64,000 nt of DNA from Marsupella aquatica. Taxonomy: Eukaryota > Plantae > Marchantiophyta. Each line of letters begins with the position of its first letter. The first letter of the stretch is position 1. Positions 34,801 through 45,210 of the stretch are shown here, in pieces. Under the pieces are notes generated by a model. That model searched no databases and had not been told where the DNA came from. It worked only from the letters and a program-made list of their open reading frames with translations. The translations under genes and the position numbers were made by a program. Location: contig OZ316892.1 of the NCBI GenBank assembly GCA_973895155.1, positions 1,006,917 to 1,070,916 on the forward strand. The letters run 5' to 3'.

Positions 34801-37702
34801 GCTGTGGGAATTGATCTTCATAAAAATGGCAGTCCTGATGTCTTGCCTTGAACAGGTCTGCCGTAGTCGGTTCAAGGTATCTAATGATCGAAGTAGAGTC
34901 AAACCCAACATAGATACCTGCATTCCGTTGGGGTCCGAGTTTTGTTCTCTTTGGTCCTAAGATAGGCACCATTACCTGGCATCCGAAAACGCGTAGGTGG
35001 GACAGGTCCGGTGGTATGCCGAACGCCAGGTGGTATGGTGTCTTAGAGTTATATGCTGACGGTCTATATTGGATTAGTGCAGCTGCGTGAAGGATGGCAT
35101 GTCCCCATGCTGATGTGGGTAAGTTTGACTTCATTAACAGTGGTCTTGCCACCATTTGAAGTCTCTTAATAACCGACTCAGCTATACCGTTCTGAAAATG
35201 AACGTGGGGAACTGGATATTGAGTATCGATGCCCGCTGCCCAGCAAAAGTCGTCGAATGTTCTTGATGTGAACTCGCCAGCTCCATCTACTCTTAATCTT
35301 CTTGTAGGATACTCTGGGAACTGTGCTCTTAATTTAAGAATATGTGCTAAGATCCGCGCAAATGCCAAGTTGCGGGTAGATAGCAATGAAATCTGCAGCC
35401 ATTTAGTTGATGAGTCGATGATTACCAGGAAATATTTGAAAGGGCCGCTCGGGGGGTCTATAGGTCCGCAGATATCTGCATTGATCTGCTCTAGGAACTG
35501 TGGTATTGAAAATATTGTTTTTGGTATTGATGGTCGTATGGTCATTTTTCCTTGTGAGCACGCTATGCAGGCTGTTTTTACCTTTGGCTTGACTGTCTTG
35601 GGGATTCCTTTGGAGTCCCTTATAATCCTGTTGTACATAGTGGTACCCGGGTGGCCCAGTCGACAGTGCCAGATGTATGTCATATCCTCTGATTCTTGGT
35701 GTATATGGAATGTTTGGATACTGGTTGCGTATAGGCCTGGGGGGATCAATGCAAATGTTTCTTTAATGGATGGCTTACCCTGTATGTCTTGTATGATCTG
35801 TAATGTCTCTGTTTTGCCCTGAGTATTCGTGCGCAGTTGGAGGTTATTGGATCTGATATCCTGGAAGCTGATGAGGTTTCGGGTTGCTTTCGGGGCATAA
35901 ATTGCTGACTTCACGGTGATTTTAGTTCCTCCTGGTAGTATAAATGTGGCTCGTCCTTTGCCTTCTTCTATATGATTAAGTCCTGCTATGGTGGTGATAG
36001 CGCGGGATGATGGGGTGATGGCCTCGAAATACTTGCTGTGTTTTAAGATAGTATGTGAGGTTCCGCTGTCGATGATGCCCGTATCGGGGTCGTCTAATGT
36101 CGGGTATTTCCAGTCAGTAAGAGAGGTATGTACTTCTATCTGTTCTTGTGTTTCTTCTCTCTGAGAGGCAATCAATTCTTCTTCTATCTCCATATAATGT
36201 CCTTGGGGGTTTTGTCTGGACTTATTTCTGTCGTTTATGTATCTGTGGGCCTCTTGTTCTGTGGCTGCACATGCGTTTCTAATGTGGCCAATTTTGCCAC
36301 ATCGGTAACACATTTTCTGGGAATTGTTTGCAGTGTCGTATTGGTTGCTTCGTCCTCTTCCTCTATTATTCATGGTGCCTCTGCGCCACGTGTTATTGGA
36401 TCCGGAGGGTCGGTTATAAGGTTTGCCTTGTCCTCTGAATTGATTTCTCCCGCCCCTGAATTGGTTTCTTCCGCCTCTGAATTGAGTTCGTCCGCCCCGG
36501 TAATTTCCTCGTTGTTTGTCTTCATAATTGGTGTAGTGGGTTTCAGGTCGATGTGGTGGGGGGTCTGATCCTGCTGGGCGCTTTCTGGCGTTTTGCAAGG
36601 CCACGATCTGTTGCTTCTCTTCCACAAGTAAGTGAGCAATCAGATCTGAGTACTTAGTGAAACGCATGTTCCTATATTGTGTACCTAATGTGATATTAGA
36701 TTCAGGGAATGTCGATAGTGTCTTATCGATTCTATCTATGTCATTTATTGGATGTCCACACATTTCTAATTGAGATGTAATTCTGCACAGTGCGCTATTG
36801 TAATTGGCAATTGTGGTGTGGTCCATGACGCGCAGGTTATGCCAATCCCTTCTTGCCTCTGGGAGCCATATCTCCCTCATATGATCAAATCGGGCTTTGA
36901 GGAGATCCCATAGTTTTCTTGGATTAATTTCGTTCATATACTCATTCTTTAGTTGAGGGGTTAGATGTTGCCTGAGTAGAAACGCTGCCTTAGCCTTTTG
37001 TTTGAGCGTGACATCGATGTCGGTATCTAAGGTGTCTTCAAGGTCTTGTGATGTAAAGTAAGTTTCGACATCTGTGATCCACGTCAAATAGTTGGATCCG
37101 TCGACTTTAAGTGCTGGCCATAATAATTTTTCGACTGTATTCATTATTCGGGATGTCAGTTGATTTAAGAACTTTGGTGAAGATTGAATCGAGTGAAGTA
37201 TCTCGATTGTACAATTGACCGGTTGGAAGCTTGTATATGGAGCTGAGGGAGCTTTCAATCATGCCAATAAAGTATTAGTCCTTTGGACTCTCGATATGCT
37301 GGTCCCGAATTGATGCTCTATGTGAAATTTCGTGTTTTTTTTAAAAAAAAATTCAACTCTGAGGCAAAAGAATGGAGACCAAGAAAAAAAACGGTTATGG
37401 CAGTTTCTAAAAAAAATGCCACTTTACGAGCATTCTCCTCGTGTAAAACTCGATTGCATCTGCTTGAAAAAAAATGATTTTAGAGACTGGCTCGTGCTGA
37501 TAACGTGTTGTAATAGACAACTAAAGGAACGCTCAAAGATACTCCAACAAGATAGATCCATTACTATTGATGAGGGGATATATATATCCCCTTGGTTACA
37601 TGGTAGGCAAATGCCCTTATACTGGTCCTATGGTTAGGAGTTCTCATACTATGGTTAAGGGTTCTCGCCCTATGGTTAAGGGGTAAACTAGGGTTTACAA
37701 CA
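31830..37702 (-). mobile_element. Full-length Ty1/Copia LTR retrotransposon, Bianca-like
   Basis: 197-bp TG...CA LTRs at 31830-32026 and 37506-37702, identical by eye. 5-bp TSD ACCAT. PBS CGTTATCAGCACGA at 37492-37505. PPT AGGGGGAG at 32027-32034. Confidence 0.97.
32531..37144 (-). CDS. Gag-Pol polyprotein (Gag, CCHC knuckle, PR, GAG-pre-IN, IN, RT, RNase H), uninterrupted, 1537 aa from the first ATG
   Basis: ALKVDGSNYLTW (Bianca-type gag start), CYRCGKIGHIRNAC, IIDSGTSHT, WHCRLGHP, ADICGPIDPPSGPFKYF, HFQNGIAES, LYVDDVN, YTDAGY, ADMFTKPL. Confidence 0.95.
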   Translation of the reverse strand: MNTVEKLLWPALKVDGSNYLTWITDVETYFTSQDLEDTLDTDIDVTLKQKAKAAFLLRQHLTPQLKNEYMNEINPRKLWDLLKARFDHMREIWLPEARRDWHNLRVMDHTTIANYNSALCRITSQLEMCGHPINDIDRIDKTLSTFPESNITLGTQYRNMRFTKYSDLIAHLLVEEKQQIVALQNARKRPAGSDPPPHRPETHYTNYEDKQRGNYRGGRTQFRGGRNQFRGGRNQFRGQGKPYNRPSGSNNTWRRGTMNNRGRGRSNQYDTANNSQKMCYRCGKIGHIRNACAATEQEAHRYINDRNKSRQNPQGHYMEIEEELIASQREETQEQIEVHTSLTDWKYPTLDDPDTGIIDSGTSHTILKHSKYFEAITPSSRAITTIAGLNHIEEGKGRATFILPGGTKITVKSAIYAPKATRNLISFQDIRSNNLQLRTNTQGKTETLQIIQDIQGKPSIKETFALIPPGLYATSIQTFHIHQESEDMTYIWHCRLGHPGTTMYNRIIRDSKGIPKTVKPKVKTACIACSQGKMTIRPSIPKTIFSIPQFLEQINADICGPIDPPSGPFKYFLVIIDSSTKWLQISLLSTRNLAFARILAHILKLRAQFPEYPTRRLRVDGAGEFTSRTFDDFCWAAGIDTQYPVPHVHFQNGIAESVIKRLQMVARPLLMKSNLPTSAWGHAILHAAALIQYRPSAYNSKTPYHLAFGIPPDLSHLRVFGCQVMVPILGPKRTKLGPQRNAGIYVGFDSTSIIRYLEPTTADLFKARHQDCHFYEDQFPQLTNTASTQSKDTTKMPINWKADQNRNDPRTKQADEEVRRLLHLHEMLEKIPDSFNDAANVTRSHNLAANAPSRVQTSSTPANVTAPRAKRGRPPGIKDSQPRQRKTPAANLGTPALEPAITLNVTAINQNDPLSEENEEMSITYMQTGNIYKRLTTQIDEQFAYNVIQEITNDIPDPLTINEAKKQPDWPKWQAAIHTEMDALIKRQVFGPFKMALPGTHYTDSRFTFLKKRNEKGIVVRYRARLVAKGYTQIPGRDYDLTYSPVMDATTYRYLTAHSVHHKLVNNLMDVVTAYLYGTLDTEIYMTAPPELIERVKQHIQGETSQNLNTEIKKGISQIIPDGDTKALLMQSGNTQAMHTRGKKLTTKLTVQVLRSINGLKQSGRIWYQKFQTEMLALGFTNSGLAPCIFIKKHMDEVLILALYVDDVNLFGTKQMMKDTIHTLKGVFEMKDLGRPNHCLGLQIEHLETGIFLYQSTYTQKILHQFNMQKSYPVSTPMELRSLDPIKDMFRKRQEDEPILGSEKPYLSAVGALMYLANQTRPDISFAVSLLARHSAQPTIRHWNGIKRIMRYLQGTIDLGLFFPKNSPDTLTGYTDAGYLSDPQDSKSQTGYVFLQGTTAISWRSSKQTMTTTSSNHSEIIALYEACREAVWLRSIINHIRSSTGKPQITEPTTIYEDNKACIDQITNGILKTERTKHIDPKYFFTQEQQGKSINVAWIKSQDNRADMFTKPLPAGLHRAHLEGIGMSRLSTIKPTS

Positions 37703-38639
37703 ACCATGAGATTGTTTGGCAGCCCTGAGTCACGCGCTGCTGCCTTCAGTTTTGCTTTGGTCATTGCCATGGTATTGTACCCTGTATTGTTCTCAACGTC
37801 GAACGAGATGTTGCTGCAAATGTGCAACAGACTCAATGCAGCAAGAAGATGCTGCCAACCACGCAATAGACTGTAAAAAAGGATGCGCAAGATCAAGTGT
37901 AGCAACGAGATTTTGCTACGGCCAAAATCCAACACTGAAGAAAGAATCCTTCCAAGGATTGACAGAAGCTGAACTTCGAATGAGGACTGATCGATGACAT
38001 AAAGGAAAAGAAAACCCCCTCAGATATTTGTAGGCCATCGAGTCATCAACTCCATGAAAGGCTGATTGCAAAGGTAAGTTATGCTCCCGGTTGTGATGCT
38101 TGAAATTGAAATTCCCGCTTCATCTTGCAATGGGCCATAACTCATCTCCTGCTCACCCTAAACATGAGAAATCATAGCGCAGCAGCCAACGCCCAACTCA
38201 GACTGATCTCAGAAGTCTAAAATCTGAACCCTCCCAAAAAACATCATAAAGATGATCGCACTAAAAAACACAACATTCAACAGCCAATTCCAACTAAAAA
38301 ACAAAGATATTCAAGCCAAGTTCCTGTCGGCACGGCAAAGGAATGGGAGGAATCAAGGCTTTGAGTGCGACAATTTGCATTCCTGCAGGGCCGCAGCTGA
38401 TCATGCCTTCATCTCGTGCTTTTTGCTAAGCACATGAGATCAGGAGGAGTATCGATGGCGAACTGCATGTTGTCCAATGTCGGAATGGTGGCGGGTCGCC
38501 TACAAAGAATTGCGAGTGGAGGCTAATGACAATGTGCTTAGGGCAAAGCAAGGTGGCTAATGCAGGTCTGCCACCTGCCAGATGGGTGGCGAAACCAGGA
38601 TCGACGGTGGTGGATTGCTTAAACTAGGGCCCCCAAAAT

Positions 38640-38970
38640 GGGGTATACCACCATGCCAAGAAACAGGAAAAGGGAAACAAAAAACAGCAAATGGATGACA
38701 GTTTTTTGAGAATTTTTTGAGAATTTTTTTTGGAATTTTTTTTGTTGGAATTTTTTTTGTTTTGTTTCTATTTTTGACAATTTGTTTACTAGCGCCCAAA
38801 GCTAGTAATAGTAACGCCTGGCACTAGCAAAAAATGATTGTTTTTAAAAATGTTTTGAAAATTTTGAGTTTTAATGAGATATTTTTAATATTTCATTTTT
38901 GCTCGTAACAGTAAAGTTTTGCTCATAACAGGAAATAATTTTCCTGTTTCTTGGCACGGTGTAAAGCCTC
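38640..38970. mobile_element. MITE family A, copy 1 (331 bp), inside the hAT element
   Basis: About 31-bp TIRs GGGGTATACCACCATGCCAAGAAACAGGAAAA / revcomp GAGGCTTTACACCGTGCCAAGAAACAGGAAAA. Flanking duplication CCAAAAT. Internal sequence homologous to 55645-55976 in the opposite orientation. Confidence 0.8.
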
Positions 38971-40488
38971 CCAAAATGTAGCAAAATTTTGCCAAATATG
39001 GCAAAGGTTTCTAGGGCCAAGGTGAAATCTAGCAAAAATTTGCCGCTAAAAAAAATGCTGCCCCCTTTACCTTAATGAGGGTGCACTCTTTGGTTAGTTT
39101 GGTAGGGGACTTGTCATTACCTCTCAAATTATTAATAGCCTAATGGCTTAAACAACTTTTCTAGATTTCAGTTTTGCACTTGAAAACACTGGTAATTAGT
39201 GTTTTGCATCAAAATTGTAAGACTATTCCTGAATTTTGCACTGAATTTTTTTTTCAAAATTTCACACGCACTGAACAAATATATACATATATATCAGGGA
39301 CATAATTTTCAATAATAACTTGCTTTTAGTCTAAACCTGATACTCAAGATCAACTGATCTAGGAAACTGAAGCAAGGGTGGACCACCATGTGTTGGATAT
39401 AATAGTGCTCCAGTGAACACATTCACATATTTCCCCAAAATGTTGGGGTGACATGTGTCCTTCCCATTTTGGGTACCCCTTGCATAAAAAATATAGAATG
39501 TATTTAATAAAAAGTATTCTACTTACAATGTGTTGAATGTATACCAGGATTTTGACTACTTAAAAATATTTCATAATTTATTTTTCATTCAATTCAAAAC
39601 ACTCTTGCTTTGTTCGCACATTCTTCTCGCATTAGTTTTGCTAATAAGCATCCAAGGACTGAGGTGTCACCTATTGATTTTTTAATCCCAATTTATAGAA
39701 TTTTGAAGTAATATTTGTCATGCCTGGACAAAATATATAAACCCAACCCAGTCAACATAAAAGCAGTTTATATTGGAGTTGTTATAGTCAATCTACCTCA
39801 TCATCAACTTTTATAACAAAATAAAGATATTTTTTAGAGAAGAAATAATGTGAGAAGAAACTTGAGTAAAAAAAAGGTGACTAAACAACTTACACTACAA
39901 CCCAAATTTTGTTTTGTTAGTTTAATTTCAAAGTGATAAATCAGTAAGGTACTTGTTTTTGTACTACAACTTCTTGGCTTAGTAATTTTAATTTGAAGGT
40001 ATTCTCAAATTCATAGATCATCCTAAGTAACATTGAACAAGATCACACATTGTATTCTCTATTGCTACATTTGTTGAGGACTCAATGGTCCCGATAGAAG
40101 CCAAGTCAATTATATTATATTATAGATATAAGTGAATCATTTGTACTTAATATAATTTGATATAAACTCACTGACTATGTATTATGCATACTTGTTAAAT
40201 TATGAGGATGATCTTTTAGATGTCTAGGTTGTTGAGCATAGACGACGATCGCAACGGCAAGCCCATGAACCATCCAACGCACAATAGTCGACACAAGAGA
40301 TACGTGGTTCACCTCCTTGAGGCTACGTCCACGGGAACACACAAGAGAGTTTTACTGAACTCTAAGCCCGTCGGCTATACCGAGTCTCCACAGTGTAAGC
40401 TCTCCCTATCTCTCAAGTGGCTCCATAACAATGAGCCTTGGTTCTACCTCTCCAAGCACACATGCCTCTTATGATATAGTGTGCAACT

Positions 40489-40670
40489 TAGTTGTACCTA
40501 ACCACATAGTTGTACCTAACCACATAGTTGTACCTAATCACGTAGTTGTACCTAACCACATAGTTGTACCTAATCACGTAGTTGTACCTAACCACATAGT
40601 TGTACCTAATCACATAGTTGTACCTAACCACGTAGTTGTACCAACCCACGTTGTTGTACCAACCACGTCA
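40489..40670. repeat. 18-bp tandem array (~10 copies) in the LTR U3; second copy at 46624-46805
   Basis: Unit TAGTTGTACCTAA(C/T)CAC(A/G). It produces the spurious VVPNHI repeat ORFs. Confidence 0.95.
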
Positions 40671-40895
40671 TACCTAACCTAGACGTAAGAGTAAATACCC
40701 AACAATCTTCCCCTTGACTCTGGTCTAGGGGAGAGTAATACTGCCAATGTATATGATCCCTCAGCGGGAAGTTCTGGACAGAAACCAAACCGGTTTCCCT
40801 CTCTAACTAGAGCAAACCAGAACTAAGCCGTAGCCTAATACATAGGAATGAGGAAGAGCATATATCAGTAATTACAATGAATGTTTAAGAAAACT

Positions 40896-43800
40896 CTACT
40901 TGTGATGCAATTGCAAAACCTGCAATACGTCACGGTGTCTAGAGAAACTCTCCAAAGGAATCACTTTGGTAAATGCGTCAGCCGGGTTGAGTTTACCATC
41001 AATCTTGACTAGCTCAAACAAATTATCAGACACAGCCTGCCTGATAAAATGGTACCTGACGTCAATGTGCTTCACTCTACTGTCCATCACCTGGTTCACA
41101 GCAAGGTGGAGCGCACTTTGACTATCACAATGGAGCTTCACATTCCCCTGTGGCAATCCCATTTCAGTGATAAGTCTATCCAACCAAATCGCTTCCTTTG
41201 CTGCTTCCGCAGCTGCAACATACTCCGCTTCTGTAGTAGACTGAGCAATACACTTCTGCAAAGTAGACCTCCAACTTATGCATCCACCGCCAAGTGTGAA
41301 CACGTATCCTGTTGTTGATCTCCTTCGGTCCAAATCTTGTCCATAGTCAGAATCTACATAGCCAATCAATGATCTAGCATTCTTTGCATTCGCATCAAAT
41401 AAAAGACCATGATCCACGGTACCCTTCAAGTACCTGATAATCCACTTCACTGCTTCCCAGTGTACCTTCCCTGGATTCGACATGTACCTGCTCACCTTGC
41501 CCATAGCCATGGCAAGATCAGGTCTAGTGCAAGTCATCAAATACATGAGACTCCCCACTGCCTTGTCATATGGAACCTTTGACATCAACCCCTTCTCTGT
41601 GTCATCCGTAGGACAGAACGCTGATGATAACTTGAAGTGTGGAGCCAACGGGGTACTTACTGGCTTGCTATTCTCCATGTTGAACCTTGCAATTACCTTC
41701 CTCGCATAACTGCTCTGCGTCAACCATAGCTTTGCCAGCCTCCAAGTCCCTAGTGATCTCCATACCCAAAATCCTCTTAGCTGGCCCTAAGTCCTTCATC
41801 TTAAACTCTGCACTAAGCAGTGCCTTGAGCTTAACAATCTCAGACCTATCCTTGGCTGCAATTAGCATGTCATCCACATAAAGTACTAAAACAATGAACC
41901 CAAAGACAACATTCTTCACCGGTTTCAAATACACACAAGGGTCAAATACACTTCTATGAAAACCTTGTGACCGAATCCAATCGTCAAACCGCTTGTTCCA
42001 CTGTCTTGGTGACTGCTTCAACCCATACAAGGATTTCAGCAATCTGCAAACCAATTCCTCCTGTCCTCTCTTCACAAAACCTAGCGGTTGTCTCATGAAG
42101 ATCACCTCTTCCAATGTGCCATAGAGGAAAGCTGTGACAACATCCATCTGATCTAGGAGCAGACCAAACATTACAACAAGTACACACAATAGTCGTATTG
42201 TAGAGTACTTAGCAACTGGTGAGAAGACCTCATTCTAATCCACACCTTTCTCTTGTGTGAATCCCTTTGCTACCAATCTAGCCTTGTAGACCTTCGATCC
42301 ACCTCCTATGGAATTATCCTTCAGCTTGTAAATCCACTTGCTGTCCACCACTTGCTGACCCTTAGGCAGCTTAACAAGCTCTCAAGTTTTGTTGTCCTTT
42401 AGTGACTGCATCTCTGTTTGCATTGCTGCAGTCCACTTTTGCTTCTCCTTTGAAGCACTTGCCTCATGAAATGAAGAAGGTTCTCCTTCTTCCAAAATTA
42501 ACGCATCACCCTCATCATCAGCTGTAAAATCATCCTCTTGCAGTTGAGATGAATCAACCCACTGTCCATACCTTGATGGAGCGCGTACAGTGCGACCAGA
42601 TGTTCTTCTAGCCGATGACTCCGGTTGATCTGCGTGTGCTGGTACAATTTGAAGCTCAACAGCATCCACTTGCTGCTCACCAGCATCAACAAACTCCTCT
42701 GGTTCCTCTGGCACAGGAACCAGCTCCATAATTGGAGCAACTCCTTCTCTCCGGTCATGCACCTCATAACCAATCTCCCCCTCAACGAGATCCGGGATAG
42801 GAGATTTTCTTTTGTCAGTACGGGAGACCTGAGTATTCTCCCCCTCCTTCAATAATCTGGATTCATTGAAGGAAACATCCCTACTGACAACGAGCTTACA
42901 GGCAATAGGATCCCATAGCCTATAGGCTTTCACACCACTCTGGTACCCAAGAAAAACACATTTCCTGGAGGTAGGATCCAACTTGGTCCTATTCTGCTTT
43001 GGTGTGAGAGCATATGCATCACTTCCAAAAATTACCAAGCCATGATAGTCTGCTTGCCGCTTATAGCGCATCTCAAACGGCGTTTTGAAATTGATAGCAC
43101 TAGAAGGAGAAAGATTTACCAAATAAGCTGCGGTATTGACAGCTTCTGCCCAAAATTCTTGTGGTAAACCTGATTGGCTCAACATACTCCGTGACCGCTC
43201 CAACAGTGTCCGATTGAGCCTCTCAGCGACACCATTCTGCTGCGGAGTATAAACTGTGGTGAGATGGCGAGTTATCCCCTGTTCTGAACAATACTCTTCA
43301 AATTCCATTGAAGTGTACTCCCCGCCGTTGTCTGACCTCAAACTCTTCACCCTTGTATCCAAACACTTGATCGTGTTTCCAGTCTGATTCTCCACCTGGG
43401 CCTTCCATTTCTTAAAAATGGACAAGACATCAGACTTATGCGTCATGAAATAAATCCACACAAATCTTGAGTAATCATCAATAAATGATACATAGTACAA
43501 CTTTCCAGAGTGTGAGGGAGTCGGGGATGGACCCCACACGTCACTATGTATGTACTCAAGAACCGCTTTGGAACGATGAGTTCCAACACCAAAAGCACGA
43601 CGATGCTGCTTTCCAAGAATGCAATGCTCACAAAACTCTAATTTACAAGATTGCAAATCAGAAATGAGTCCATTCTTCCGTAAGATAGCCAAACCCTTCT
43701 CACTCATGTGGCCTAGCCGTGAATGCCACAGTTGAGTCATCTCCTCATGAGACTTGGTTACATTGGCCTCTCCACATACAGTATTGCCCTGTAACACATA

Positions 43801-45210
43801 CAAATTCTTTTGTCTACTCCCCTTCAAAATCACTGTCTCTCCCGACCTGACTTGAAGTTCATCATCAATAACGCTCCATTGATGACCATTTGAATCCAAC
43901 ACACCGAGTGAAATCAGATTCTTACGCATGCCAGGTACATACCTGACTCCGGACACTGTGCGCACAGCGCCATCAAACATTTGAATCTTCACAAACCCAA
44001 TTCCCTCAATTTGACAGGAGTGATCATTTCCCATCAGAACTGAACCGTTTGAAATAGAGTAAGAACTGAAAAACTCACGAATGTAACAAATATGAAAAGA
44101 GCAAGCACAATCAAGAATCCACACATCATCTGCTCTCCTAGATGACGTGCACAGGGCATACCCCCGGCTTCATAAAACATACTCATCATTGAGTAAATCA
44201 GCTTCTCCATCAGCCCTAGCCACATTTGCCGATGAAGTTTCCGCTGCCTTTCCCTTACAGTCTCGCTTGAAGTGTCCAACTTGGTTGCACTTCCAACATG
44301 TCACCTGCCTCCTCTGAGGGGATTTACCCTTGGACTTAGATCTGGATTTAGATCTAAACTGGGTTCTACGGTCCCCAGTTGGTCGCTGCATACTCCTCCC
44401 ACGGTTAACATTGAGGGCAGCACCAGATGATGAAGGCTGTGACGTGATGTGCATCTTCTGCTGAAGATCATCATTAAGCAGAGAACTTACCACGTCATTG
44501 TATGAAATGGTATCCCTATCACGATGCAACAACACTCGTGATAGGGACTGGTAAGATGGAGGCAATGAACTAAGAAGCTGCAGAGCCTTCGTCTCATCAT
44601 TCAAAGTCTCCCCAAGGTTTTCCAAGTCAACGACCATGTCGTTGAAAGCATCCACATGGTCTTGCAACTTCGTACCAGATTCCTTCATCCTGAAACTCAT
44701 CAGTTTGTAGGAAATGTAGAGCCGGTTCGACAACTCCTTGCGGTGATACTTGCTCTGCAATTCCGCAAATAAGGACATGCAATCCTTATGTGCACCCAAC
44801 TGCTTGATGATGGGAGGCATGAGATAGAGTGTAACACACCACACTCCCTGCTCCTGCATGCGGTCCCATTGTTTCTCATCAACATCGTCTTCACGAGGGC
44901 TCAGCAGTTGGCCCATCCCTGACGCATAGAGCACTCCCTTCACCTGCTTCTCCCATAGCAAGTAGTCAGAGCGCCCATCATACTTTGTCACTTCATACTT
45001 GGGTCCCCCAAGCTTGAAAGTCCCCATCTTCTTCTTTGGCACTACCGTGAGCTCCGGTAGTAGTACTGCTTCCTCCACCACACGCCGCACCGGTGATGGT
45101 ATCGGTGTCACGTGCTCTTCCTCCTGCTCCTCTCTCTGCCCCTGAAACCGCCGCGGTGATCCTCGTGCTTCAAGTTCCACGTCTTCGAAAAATTTCTCCG
45201 AATCACTCAT
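40896..45210 (-). pseudogene. Disrupted Copia gag-pol
   Basis: Gag (YEVTKYDGRSDYLLW; CWKCNQVGHFKRDC), in-frame TGA at 44170, PR (WILDCACSFH), IN (HSDVWGP, QQNGVAER), stop at 42382 (KT*ELV), stop near 42236 (GVD*NEVF), RT (LYVDDM), frameshift near 41725, RNase H (YVDSDY, ADAFTK). Confidence 0.93.

Larger units (their letters stand above)
28930..39060 (-). mobile_element. hAT DNA transposon hosting a nested Copia and a MITE
   Basis: 8-bp TSD CCCCCTTT at 28922-28929 and 39061-39068. Imperfect TIRs CAGCGTATTTTCTAAG / CAGCATTTTTTTTAGC. Subterminal TGGCGAA repeats near both ends. Confidence 0.88.

Noticed and set aside
35229-35822. 197-aa antisense ORF within the Copia integrase
   Set aside because: Shadow frame of gag-pol with no independent signals.
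40431-40682. ORF with VVPNHI repeats (also 46566-46817), superficially like a repeat protein or CRISPR array
   Set aside because: Translation of the 18-bp LTR tandem array; no unique spacers, and the context is eukaryotic.
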